64,000 bases of DNA from an uncultured Lachnospiraceae bacterium (GTDB taxonomy: Bacteria > Bacillota > Clostridia > Lachnospirales > Lachnospiraceae), in NCBI GenBank assembly GCA_946403625.1, contig CAMJAP010000001.1, positions 1,910-65,909 on the forward strand, written 5' to 3'. Position 1 is the stretch's first letter, and each line of letters starts with the position of its first letter. The notes under the pieces were generated by a model. That model made no database searches and had not been told where the DNA came from. It saw only the letters and a list, made by a program, of their open reading frames with translations. Of the stretch, positions 36,364 through 45,386 are shown in pieces. The position numbers and the translations under genes are program-made.

Positions 36364-37379
36364 GCGTACTCCTCCCGCACCAGATTTTTTACATACGCCG
36401 CCATCTCACTGTAGGGCAATTCTTCCGGGCTCGACGGCTTTTTTCGAAAACCCGGCAGATCACATTTTGTGGTATTTCGCAGCACATCTTCATATTCCAG
36501 TTTTCGCAGCAGTTCTTCATAATGCGCCTGGCGGTTCTGCGCCATACCTTCGTGATCGTTGAGCGTATAGACTTTTTCACAGATCCTCAAAATGTTCAGC
36601 ACTCCCTGAATGTGTTCCGAAAGATCCAGCAGAATATAGTCGTAATGTCCCATCTCCTTTAATGTCTGCAGCAACAGCATCCAGCTTTCTTCTTTCACTT
36701 CCGCCAGATCCACAAAAGAAAATGCCGGAGAAACATAATCCAATCCGTTTAAGTTACCTACCATACTTTCCAGTTTGCAGACCAGCCGTTCCTTTCCGCC
36801 TTCCATATAGTAGACCAGATCCGTCAGGTCTCTGCCGTCCGTATGCTCCAACAGTTTGGTGAAACCGGAGAACGATTCAAAATTCAGATACAGCACATTC
36901 GCCTGTTTTGCCAGTTGCTGTCCGAGCAATACGGAAAAGGATGACTGCCATTCTCTTCCGGCAGGAGAAAACACACCAAGCAAGGTTCCTTTCTTTCTGC
37001 CCGGCGTATACGGCAGGTCTTCTTCTTCCCGATCCGCATAATGCTCCATGATCTGTCTGCGAATGTTATCCGCTGACTGATACTTCCAGATATAATCGCG
37101 GATCTGCGGCATTCCTTCCGTCCCTTTTAACAAGAGCAGTCGTTCTTCCCCGATGCCCTCCTGTTGCAATGCCTGCTGCAGCGGCTCATAAAACGATTCT
37201 CCCGCAAGGATCAGTTTGTATTTCTTTCCCATCTCCTGCATTTCTTTTTGCGAGATATTTTCTTTTCCGGTAAATACACTGATCTCAAACGGAAAAGAAT
37301 CGCGCTGTTCCAATATCTCCTGCAAACGATAAACATATTTTCCGTCATTGTCGCAGATCGCCATCTGTTCTTTTTTCAT
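36360..37379 (-). CDS. TadZ/CpaE-like protein: receiver-like N-domain + ParA/MinD-like domain with degenerate P-loop
   Basis: It sits between the peptidase and cpaF. GVFSPAGREWQSS occupies the position where CpaE/TadZ proteins carry SPKGGVGKT(T/S). AGGAGG RBS. Its stop overlaps the cpaF ATG. Confidence 0.6.
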   Translation of the reverse strand: MKKEQMAICDNDGKYVYRLQEILEQRDSFPFEISVFTGKENISQKEMQEMGKKYKLILAGESFYEPLQQALQQEGIGEERLLLLKGTEGMPQIRDYIWKYQSADNIRRQIMEHYADREEEDLPYTPGRKKGTLLGVFSPAGREWQSSFSVLLGQQLAKQANVLYLNFESFSGFTKLLEHTDGRDLTDLVYYMEGGKERLVCKLESMVGNLNGLDYVSPAFSFVDLAEVKEESWMLLLQTLKEMGHYDYILLDLSEHIQGVLNILRICEKVYTLNDHEGMAQNRQAHYEELLRKLEYEDVLRNTTKCDLPGFRKKPSSPEELPYSEMAAYVKNLVREEYA

Positions 37380-37393
37380 CTACAATCATCCTC

Positions 37394-37843
37394 CTAAAAA
37401 ATCAACTGCGAAACATTCATATAACAGATCAGGGTTGCAAGCATGATGGGCACACTGTAGTGGATCCGTGTCAGTTCGTTTTTCTTTCTCTCTTTTTTCA
37501 TCGTCTGCCACAGGATCTTTCCCGCACCGATCACGATTGCCAGAATCATCGAATACAACAATATCGTAACGCCCATACGGATCCCCAGTATTGCTGCAAG
37601 TGCACACAGCAGTTTTCCGTCACCGCCGCGCAGCGCCCGCACCCGGAACAACAAAAAGGTCATCAAAAACATCAGCGCCGCATCCCGTATTCCCAAAAGC
37701 AGTCCCTCCGGGCCGGCCCGCCCTGATACCAAAAGCAGACCGGCCGTCAGTCCTGTGATCGTCAAAGCATTCGGTATCTTATCCGTCATCAGGTCTGCCG
37801 TAACCGATGCCGTAAGCAGACACACGATCAAAACTGCAAGCAT
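37394..37843 (-). CDS. A24-family prepilin peptidase, short CpaA/TadV type (first gene of Tad operon)
   Basis: TADLMTDKIPN and RGGDGKLL supply the two catalytic Asp contexts. It is a 149-aa polytopic protein with an AGGGAGGA RBS. Confidence 0.8.
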   Translation of the reverse strand: MLAVLIVCLLTASVTADLMTDKIPNALTITGLTAGLLLVSGRAGPEGLLLGIRDAALMFLMTFLLFRVRALRGGDGKLLCALAAILGIRMGVTILLYSMILAIVIGAGKILWQTMKKERKKNELTRIHYSVPIMLATLICYMNVSQLIF

Positions 37844-38055
37844 TTTGTTTCCTCCCTAAAACACACAACTGAATCACGCCACAGTAAAAACACTGCGAAA
37901 CGCATTGTACTTTTTTCTTCATTCACAAAACGCAATCCAAAGAGTTTTTCAAAAACTCCCAAAACAAAACTTTCATCAAATGGGATTCTGCTGATTGACT
38001 ATCCGACATCGGATTCAACAGATCGCCGCAGTTGACTCTGCCTTGACAGAAACGA

Positions 38056-38084
38056 ATGATAGCATAAAGATCTTTTTTTGACAA
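38056..38084 (-). promoter_or_regulatory. candidate sigma-A promoter of the Tad operon (implies a ~200-nt leader)
   Basis: On the minus strand, TTGTCA (38084..38079), a 17-nt spacer, then TATCAT (38061..38056). It lies just downstream of the hairpin that ends the preceding gene. Confidence 0.35.
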
Positions 38085-38198
38085 GAGGACTTATCGACAA
38101 CTTTTCAACAACTTTATCAACATTCTTTTTGGACAAACAAAAAAACGGACCGATCGTTTCGGATCCGCCCGTTTCAAAAATTTCTTTTCCCTTATTTC

Positions 38199-38804
38199 TT
38201 ATTTCAGTCCTTCGCGTCTGCGGATCAGATCATCGATGATGCCTGCCACACCTTCCACGCCCAGGTTGCTGCTGTTGATGCACAGATCGTAATTTCTGGA
38301 ATCGCCCCATTTGCCGTCACAATAATAATTGTGATAGTTCTTTCGGGTAGCATCCTTTCGCTTCATCATCCGCAATGCTTCTTCTTCCGACAGATTGTAT
38401 TTTTCCATAATGCGTCTGCACTTGGTTGCGGTGTTGCCCAGCACAAAGATCGATACCATGGCCGGATGTTTCCGCAAAATATATTCGCCGCAACGCCCCA
38501 CGATCACGAAGGACTTGCCCTGCTCTGCCAGTTCGCGGATATAATCAAACTGCAGTTTTGCCACGGTCTCTTCCAGCGAATTGGTGTAGCCCGCAACGGT
38601 TCTGGTCAAAAACGGATTGCGCGGTTTCTCATCATATTTCTGCAGTTCCATAATATCCACATTTTTTTCGTCGGAAATATTCTCCAGCAGTTTATGATCC
38701 AAAAACGGGATCCCGTATTTTTTGGCCAGTTCTTCCGCCGCTTCGTGTCCGCCGCTGCCGAACTCTCTGCCCAGTGCGATGATGATCTGCTTTTCCATTT
38801 CCAT
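38199..38804 (-). CDS. cytidylate kinase-like family protein
   Basis: IIALGREFGSGGHEAAEELAKKYGIPFLD is a P-loop-like AAA_28/cytidylate-kinase-like N-terminus. 201 aa. Confidence 0.8.
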   Translation of the reverse strand: MEMEKQIIIALGREFGSGGHEAAEELAKKYGIPFLDHKLLENISDEKNVDIMELQKYDEKPRNPFLTRTVAGYTNSLEETVAKLQFDYIRELAEQGKSFVIVGRCGEYILRKHPAMVSIFVLGNTATKCRRIMEKYNLSEEEALRMMKRKDATRKNYHNYYCDGKWGDSRNYDLCINSSNLGVEGVAGIIDDLIRRREGLK

Positions 38805-38825
38805 ACCGTTACCCCCTTATTTTTC

Positions 38826-40187
38826 TTACATATATCTTACGTAGATAACACCCATTCCGATGAGCAATACCACGATGGTGATCGCTACCAGATATTTACA
38901 ATATTTTCCCCAGCCGATCATATGACCGTTCTGTGCCGCAATTGCGATACCCACAACATTTGCGGATGCACCGATCGGAGTTGCCGAACCGCCGATATCC
39001 GTTCCCAGTGCCAGTGTCCAGGCAAGTACCCGCAGGTCGATGCCGCTGGCTGCCGCAAGCGAGCGGATCACCGGGATCATCGTTGCCGCAAACGGAATAT
39101 TATCTACAAAGGCGCTGGCGATCGCCGAGATCCACAGGATGATCGCGATCATCAGCTTGGCATCATTTCCGGCAATTCCTTCGATTGCCGATGCGATCAG
39201 TTCCAATATACCGGTCTTTTCCAAACCGCCGACTACCATAAACAATCCGGTGAAGAACAACAGGGTTTTGTAGTCCACTTTCTTTAATAATACACCGGCT
39301 TCTTTTCCTGCCGTAAGCAATGTGATGATCGCAATGCTCGTTCCGATGGTTGCCACCGTCAGGCCGGTCATAGCGTGCGTTACCAGCAGCACAACCGCCA
39401 GAGCAAAGATCACGCAGCTGACGGTAAAATCCTTCTTGCTCTGAATGGCACTGGCCGGTTTCGGATAGTTCTTTTCATTTCCGTCCCCTTCCTTCTGTTT
39501 CAGCTGCTTGCGGAAACACATATAGAAATAGAACAGTGTCACAAAAAAGGAAATAAACGCGATCACACCGGTATTAGCAACAAAGTCCGCAAACGAATAT
39601 CCCAGCGAGGTACCGATGATGATATTGGGCGGATCCCCGCACATGGTCGCGCTGCCGCCCAGATTCGCACAGAACACTTCCGCAAGAATGACCGGAACCG
39701 GTGAAAACTTGAGCAACTCTCCCAATTCCACGGTAACCGCTGCCAAAAACAGGATTACCGTAATACTGTCAATGAACATGGAAAGAACAAAGGAGATCAC
39801 CATAAAGGAGATCAGTATCGGGATCGCACGGTATTTCACTGTCTTGGCGATCTGCAGGCAGAGCCAGCGGAAAAATCCGGCCCGTCCCATACCTTCTACC
39901 ATAACCATCATGCCGGCGATAAAAATGATCGTCGCCCAGTTGATACCGGCCGATGCACTTTCTCCTTCGCCCTTGGCATACCAGAATGCAGAAGTCGCGA
40001 TCTCTTTGAGATTGATGATCTCCCAGATGGTCGAGCCGCTGTGTAAACAGATCCCGAATACAACAATCAGCATCAGGATACCGCATCCCATGGATACCAA
40101 ATGGCGTTCAATCTTGTCCGTGACGATCAGGATAAACATCACGACAAAGATACTAACCGCTAATATTTGTGGCATCATAACTTTCAT
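38826..40187 (-). CDS. ArsB/NhaD-superfamily (CitMHS/SLC13-like) anion permease
   Basis: 453 aa with 10 or more hydrophobic segments and the internal two-fold pattern typical of this superfamily. Confidence 0.75.
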   Translation of the reverse strand: MKVMMPQILAVSIFVVMFILIVTDKIERHLVSMGCGILMLIVVFGICLHSGSTIWEIINLKEIATSAFWYAKGEGESASAGINWATIIFIAGMMVMVEGMGRAGFFRWLCLQIAKTVKYRAIPILISFMVISFVLSMFIDSITVILFLAAVTVELGELLKFSPVPVILAEVFCANLGGSATMCGDPPNIIIGTSLGYSFADFVANTGVIAFISFFVTLFYFYMCFRKQLKQKEGDGNEKNYPKPASAIQSKKDFTVSCVIFALAVVLLVTHAMTGLTVATIGTSIAIITLLTAGKEAGVLLKKVDYKTLLFFTGLFMVVGGLEKTGILELIASAIEGIAGNDAKLMIAIILWISAIASAFVDNIPFAATMIPVIRSLAAASGIDLRVLAWTLALGTDIGGSATPIGASANVVGIAIAAQNGHMIGWGKYCKYLVAITIVVLLIGMGVIYVRYM

Positions 40188-40284
40188 CCTCTCCTTCGCA
40201 AAACATCATGACGGGTATCTTACTACAAAATCGGATGTCTGTCACTAACTTTTTTCGTTTACCTGCCACACAGCGGTCTTTTTT

Positions 40285-42681
40285 CTACTGCTGCTCTGCC
40301 CCTCTCCGGATCTTTATCCCGGTCAAAGCACACTGATCGCCGGACAAAGCCGCATAGATCTTGGGCGTCGGGGTATCGATCCTGGTCACGTCTTTTAGAC
40401 GCACCCCTTCATTATAAGTATGTACGGTCACGGTATTGTCCCGGATCCGGATCGTCACCCGGCAATCCACACCCTGCTTTTGTTTTTCTTTCCAGGTCTC
40501 CCAGCCTTCAAAGTCTTCCTCTTTATTTACGGAGATCTTGGACACGACGCCTTCATGCATTTCCCAGCCTTCTCCGTCCATTCGCATCAGCGCAAATTCC
40601 TTGAACCCCGGGCCGCCCACTTCACCGTTTTCGGAGTAAAAAAGGATGACAAAGGGGCAATGCCACAACAGCCTTGCCGTCGGAAGGCTTAAGCTGTGCA
40701 GACGGATCTCGATATCTCCGTCCAGCTCGATCCCCTTGGAAGAAGCGGTTCTCCATCCGTCGATCTGCACATTCGGGATATCCCCCGCCGGCACATCAAT
40801 ATAGCTGATCTCTTCCGCAATCCTCGGAATATAATCGTTTCCGATCAGCTCATCCGACTTTTCGATCTTTACATCGTAGATACGGCACTGCTCTCCGGTC
40901 AGTCCCAGATACGCGTATCGCGTACTGTCCGGAAGTGCCAGGATCACCGTACTCTCCTCTTCTCCGTCACAGATCTTCAGCATCAGATGATCTTTGTACT
41001 TCACGCATTCGAGTTCATATTCAAAACCCGCTTTTCCGATCTGCGCACCTTTTTCATCTTTGGTTTTGGTGACCCGGCTCTTTCTTACTCCCGCATCATT
41101 GATCGTGCCGTCATGATCGATCTCACTATAGACATAGTAGATCATATCTTTGGCTTTGTTGTCTTTTTCATGTGCATGCGCATCCAGGGAATCAAAGATC
41201 AAAAAGTCCGGTCCCCATTTATTTCCCTTATAATCCTCCAGCGGTTCACAACGGAAGCGGATCTTTGTGATCGCCGGATCGATCAGAATGCCTTCCGCCA
41301 CCTGTTCATGCCGCGCTTTGATCGACAGATCGAGCTTGCCGGACACCTCCTTTCCGTCTCGCTCCTGCATCACATATTCTTCGTCCATATCCAGAAGATG
41401 CAGCATAATGCGCACAAACTTCGGATCAAACTGGGTCTCCATACCCTTGACCAGTTCTTCCCTTACCATCTGCTGCGGAATGGTCTGGCGATAACTGCGC
41501 TTGCTGGTCATGGCGTCATAGGCATCCGCAACCGCAATGATACGGGCGATCTCCGGAATATCATCCCCTTTCAGGCCTTCCGGATATCCCCTGCCGTCAT
41601 ATCGCTCATGATGATAGTGCGCGCCAACGCTCAGATACGGTGATTCGCTGATACTGGACAGGATCTGCTTTCCGATCACGGGATGCCGTTTGATCTGGGC
41701 ATATTCCTTCTCGGTCAGCTTGCCGTTCTTATTGATGATGCTGTCCTCAATGCCGATCTTCCCTACATCATGAAGCAGACCCGCATAATAGATCTTGGTG
41801 CATTCCTCTTCGCTCTTGCCCGCAAGCTTTGCGATCTTTTCGGAGTACTCCGCCACTCTTGCCGAATGTCCCCTTGTATAGGAATCTTTCGCATCGATCG
41901 CGCTGGCCAGTGCCTCTGCCGTCTGTTCAAACAACAACTGCATCTTTTCTTTTTCATCTTTGAAATGCTCGACTTCGATCCGGTTCAGCTCGATCAGACG
42001 CTGGCCCATGTCCAGAAGCGCAAAGATATAGAGCAGTTCCACCGTGGCCACGAAGGTGATGTTGACCAGCGAAATGCCATAGGCAAAGTACTGCACGATC
42101 CCTGCAAACTCCGGTAAGACACTGAACAACAAAAGAGAAATCGAAATACCGATGCTGAGTCTGCGAAAATGGATGATGATGACCACGATCTGCATAAGCA
42201 CCGCCACATACAAAAGGACGAAGCTGAGCAGCACGCCCGGCCCGCGCTGATAGCAGTTCGATTCATCAATATAATAGTAGAATCCGGTAAATTGCGATAC
42301 CACCAGCATGGTGATCTCGAAAAGGACCAAAAACGGCACGATCCGCAGCCGCAGCGGTGTTTTTTCCAATCCGCCTTCATTCGCATACAGATCTTTCAAA
42401 TAGAAGTTGAAGATCAACACTTCAAATCGTATCATGAAGAATACAAGAAAATTACATACCCGGACCATCCAGTACCCGGTCATGCTCATATCGCCCCGGT
42501 AAATATACGCATACCGGTCGGAGATCAGCAAAACCGCGGCGCCCATCTCAAGTACAAACAGGATGATCCTTCGTTTGGTACTCGTATTGACCATCATCAG
42601 CGACAAAAAAGCCGTAAGACAACAGATCCCGCTCAGGATCAGCATGATGTTTAATTGATACGTCCGAAAAAACTCAAACAT
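40285..42681 (-). CDS. polytopic membrane HD-GYP phosphodiesterase with a ~360-aa duplicated C-terminal domain of unknown function
   Basis: About 7-8 TM segments precede HD (GLLHDVGK) and HHERYDGRGYPEGLKG. I chose the ATG at 42681 (MFEFFRTYQ). The track ORF extension to 43092 crosses the divergent promoter region. Confidence 0.85.
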   Translation of the reverse strand: MFEFFRTYQLNIMLILSGICCLTAFLSLMMVNTSTKRRIILFVLEMGAAVLLISDRYAYIYRGDMSMTGYWMVRVCNFLVFFMIRFEVLIFNFYLKDLYANEGGLEKTPLRLRIVPFLVLFEITMLVVSQFTGFYYYIDESNCYQRGPGVLLSFVLLYVAVLMQIVVIIIHFRRLSIGISISLLLFSVLPEFAGIVQYFAYGISLVNITFVATVELLYIFALLDMGQRLIELNRIEVEHFKDEKEKMQLLFEQTAEALASAIDAKDSYTRGHSARVAEYSEKIAKLAGKSEEECTKIYYAGLLHDVGKIGIEDSIINKNGKLTEKEYAQIKRHPVIGKQILSSISESPYLSVGAHYHHERYDGRGYPEGLKGDDIPEIARIIAVADAYDAMTSKRSYRQTIPQQMVREELVKGMETQFDPKFVRIMLHLLDMDEEYVMQERDGKEVSGKLDLSIKARHEQVAEGILIDPAITKIRFRCEPLEDYKGNKWGPDFLIFDSLDAHAHEKDNKAKDMIYYVYSEIDHDGTINDAGVRKSRVTKTKDEKGAQIGKAGFEYELECVKYKDHLMLKICDGEEESTVILALPDSTRYAYLGLTGEQCRIYDVKIEKSDELIGNDYIPRIAEEISYIDVPAGDIPNVQIDGWRTASSKGIELDGDIEIRLHSLSLPTARLLWHCPFVILFYSENGEVGGPGFKEFALMRMDGEGWEMHEGVVSKISVNKEEDFEGWETWKEKQKQGVDCRVTIRIRDNTVTVHTYNEGVRLKDVTRIDTPTPKIYAALSGDQCALTGIKIRRGAEQQ

Positions 42682-42870
42682 CCGCGGCTCACTTTCTGTT
42701 TGATAACACATTGATGAATGGCCTCTGATATATATATTGAAAATATTACCATAAATAAGTGTTTTTCGCAATGCCATATTGTTTATAATGCACAAGTATC
42801 GAAACTCTTGCGTTTCGTCCCGTACTCGTCTTATAATGAGAGAAATATGATCCCGAAAGGAGTTCTTTCT

Positions 42871-43839
42871 ATGGAAGTAAGAGGGTTTACTTATGGCTAT
42901 GACGGTCGGGACGGTGTGTATCGTTCCGAGGCGGGAAAACTTTCCCAGCAGCGCCTTTTCGAAACCGGTGTCAACTGGATCTGTCTTTGTTTTACGGTAG
43001 AACAGGACAATGTCTTCAGCAGGGATATCCGTTTTCGCTTCGGTCACAATGTGAATGACCGTGACCTGATGGCCGTGATCGAGAATGCACATAAAAATAA
43101 TGTAAAAGTATGCTTAAAGCCCATCCTGAATTCCGCGGACGGCATCTGGCGTGCCCGTATCACTTTCCCGGATTCGGACCAGTGGGGCCGCGACCAGTAT
43201 TGGGATGCCTGGTTTGATGCTTATGGCAGTTTCATCCGCTATTATGCACAGCTGGCAGAAGAGACCGGCTGCGAGATGTTCTGCATCGGCTGTGAAATGC
43301 TGGGAACGGAACAGAAGGAGCAGCACTGGCGCAAGCTGATCGCCGATGTGCGTGCCGCCTACAAAGGCCGGATCTCCTACAATACCAACCACGGGCACGA
43401 AACCGAGGTCAAATGGTTTGACGCCGTGGATCTGGTCGGTACCAGCGCCTACTTCCCGGTCGGTGAAGGCGGCAAGACCTCCGTGGACGAAATGGCTGCC
43501 AAATGGGCCGCGATCCGGGAGGAATTAAAAGTCGTCCACGAAACCTTCGGGAAGCCCATCATCTTTATGGAGATCGGCTGCCGCAGCGCCCACGGCTGTT
43601 CCGCAATGCCCTGGGATTTTGAGCACAAGGATCTGCCCCACGATGAGGACGAGCAGGCTGCTTTTTACGAATCCTGCTTAAAAACCTTCTTTGATACCGA
43701 CTGGTTCGCCGGTTGTTTCTGGTGGGACTGGGGCAGCACCATTTACGATACCCCGGAAGAAGCCGCCAAAGAAAACGGATTTAACATCCATCTGAAAAAG
43801 GCCGAACAGGTACTGAAAACCTGGTACGCCAAAGCATAA
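42871..43839 (+). CDS. TIM-barrel glycoside hydrolase, clan GH-A (GH113/GH5-like; possible beta-mannanase)
   Basis: 322 aa. The ATG at 42871 has AGGAG 9 nt upstream. Motifs CIGCEM (putative acid/base Glu) and IIFMEIGC (putative nucleophile Glu) fit a retaining (beta/alpha)8 hydrolase. The family call is tentative. Confidence 0.65.
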   Translation: MEVRGFTYGYDGRDGVYRSEAGKLSQQRLFETGVNWICLCFTVEQDNVFSRDIRFRFGHNVNDRDLMAVIENAHKNNVKVCLKPILNSADGIWRARITFPDSDQWGRDQYWDAWFDAYGSFIRYYAQLAEETGCEMFCIGCEMLGTEQKEQHWRKLIADVRAAYKGRISYNTNHGHETEVKWFDAVDLVGTSAYFPVGEGGKTSVDEMAAKWAAIREELKVVHETFGKPIIFMEIGCRSAHGCSAMPWDFEHKDLPHDEDEQAAFYESCLKTFFDTDWFAGCFWWDWGSTIYDTPEEAAKENGFNIHLKKAEQVLKTWYAKA

Positions 43840-43844
43840 AAAAT

Positions 43845-43884
43845 ACAGCCTGCATCCGCATTGCCGCGGAGCAGGCTGTTTTCC
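43845..43884. terminator. bidirectional terminator between the convergent GH and SDR genes
   Basis: Stem ACAGCCTGC/GCAGGCTGT, with A-rich sequence 5' and TTTTCC 3'. Confidence 0.7.
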
Positions 43885-43889
43885 TGTTC

Positions 43890-44636
43890 TTAATACGGAC
43901 TGTCAAATTCGGCTTCCGCTTTTTTGACTGCCTCTTCCAGGGAAAGCCCGGCAAAGTTCTGTGCCCCCAGAATACGGCCGGATTTTTTATCTTCCATAAA
44001 GACACCAACCACGATCCCCGGGATCGCGCTCTCCGGCGCATTCGGCGCATGAGGGCCTCCAAGATCCGTGCGGCACCAGCCGGGATCGGTCAGATTGATC
44101 ATCACATCACTTCCCTGTACGGTCTTGCCCAGATCAATGGTCACCTTATCCAAAGCTGCCTTGCTTGCCGAGTAACCGGCCTGCTCCGGCTCCAGACGGA
44201 TCCCGCTCGTCGTATTTAAGATACGACCGAATCCGCGCTCGATCATCTTCGGCATAAAATGATAGCAGATCATCATCGGAGCGATCGTATTGACATTAAA
44301 GCTCACCAGATAATCTTCTGCCGGCGTTTCGAAATATTCCGTACGATAGGCGATCTGCAGTCCGGCATTATTCAGCACGATATCCACCTGCACGCCCAGA
44401 GCATCGATCTCCTGCAGCATCCGCTCCACGGAAGCCAGATCATTCAGATCTGCCGCCACAGCCCGCGCCGATACGCCCAGTTCCCGTACTTCCTGCAGCA
44501 CTTTTTGCGTATGATCCGTGCTTCTGCTGTGCAGGATCAGATTGCATCCCTGCTTTGCCATAAATTTGGCCGTCAGATAGCCGATCCCTCTGGCTGCACC
44601 GGTGATCAGCGCCCATCTTCCCTTTACATCTATCAT
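43890..44636 (-). CDS. SDR-family oxidoreductase
   Basis: ALITGAARGIGY (TGxxxGxG), NNAG and YSASKAAL (YxxxK). The ATG at 44636 follows AGGAGG. Confidence 0.9.
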   Translation of the reverse strand: MIDVKGRWALITGAARGIGYLTAKFMAKQGCNLILHSRSTDHTQKVLQEVRELGVSARAVAADLNDLASVERMLQEIDALGVQVDIVLNNAGLQIAYRTEYFETPAEDYLVSFNVNTIAPMMICYHFMPKMIERGFGRILNTTSGIRLEPEQAGYSASKAALDKVTIDLGKTVQGSDVMINLTDPGWCRTDLGGPHAPNAPESAIPGIVVGVFMEDKKSGRILGAQNFAGLSLEEAVKKAEAEFDSPY

Positions 44637-44765
44637 TTCCGATCGTCCTCCTTCTATTAAATAAGTTTTATATAGAAAACAAAACACTTCGGTATCAATC
44701 TTACCGAAGTGCCTCATCCGTTTCTTCTTATTCTTTGACCTGCGCAATATCAGATTTCGAAAACT

Positions 44766-45149
44766 TTACGACATCAGATCATTTCCCGTACCGCCTTCCA
44801 GAAGCCGTACATATTTTCCCGGATCCCTCAGCATCCGTGCCATCAGCAAAAAGGTATCCAGCGCCAGTCCTTCTTTGTTACAGTCGGCATAATTCTTTCC
44901 GATATCCTGCCGCAGCTCCACCAGCCGCATATTATAGAAATACAGATCCGTCAGGCCATATCCCTCGCACTGTACGGTATCATTGAAGGTATGATGATCC
45001 AGATAATACATAAATGCGCCCATCAGATCGTCATTCATCAGGAATTCTCCCCACAGTTCCTCGAGATATTCCTCTTCTTTTCCGGCGATCTTTCCGAGTT
45101 CTTCCAGACACTCGTATGCTTTGATCCGCCTTGCATCCAAAATGATCAT
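44766..45149 (-). CDS. hypothetical protein (127 aa)
   Basis: The ATG at 45149 follows GGGAGGA. The longer track ORF (to 45344) reads through the tRNA terminator and the tRNA itself. I recognised no motif. Confidence 0.5.
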   Translation of the reverse strand: MIILDARRIKAYECLEELGKIAGKEEEYLEELWGEFLMNDDLMGAFMYYLDHHTFNDTVQCEGYGLTDLYFYNMRLVELRQDIGKNYADCNKEGLALDTFLLMARMLRDPGKYVRLLEGGTGNDLMS

Positions 45150-45286
45150 GTATTCCTCCCGATAAACCAAAAACCTTTTAAAGCCGTTCTCCGGCAGGAC
45201 GATTATAACATGGGAACCGACGGAATAAAAGGGCGAATGCCCGTCAAAAAAAGGATCCCGAATCCGGAATCCCTGAAATAAAAAAA

Positions 45287-45360
45287 TCGATGCGACAGGA
45301 TTTGAACCTGCGACCTCTGCGTCCCGAACGCAGCGCTCTACCAAGCTGAGCCACGCATCG
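45287..45360 (-). tRNA. tRNA-Pro (anticodon CGG), CCA not encoded
   Basis: Hand-folded cloverleaf: acceptor CGATGCG/CGCATCG, D-arm GCTC..GAGC, anticodon stem CTGCG/CGCAG with loop TTCGGGA, T-arm GCAGG-TTCAAAT-CCTGT, discriminator A. 74 nt. A hairpin plus T-run follows at ~45250..45286. Confidence 0.9.
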
Positions 45361-45386
45361 ATATGTCTTTCTAACAGACGAATGTT

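Noticed and set aside
42682-43092. 137-codon N-terminal extension of the HD-GYP ORF
   Set aside because: It runs through the divergent promoter/RBS region and the first 220 nt of the plus-strand glycoside hydrolase gene. The membrane domain begins right after the Met at 42681.
45150-45344. N-terminal extension of ORF 44766..45344 (MVERCVRDAEVAGSNPVAS...)
   Set aside because: This part is simply the translation of tRNA-Pro and its terminator. The real CDS starts at the RBS-preceded ATG at 45149.
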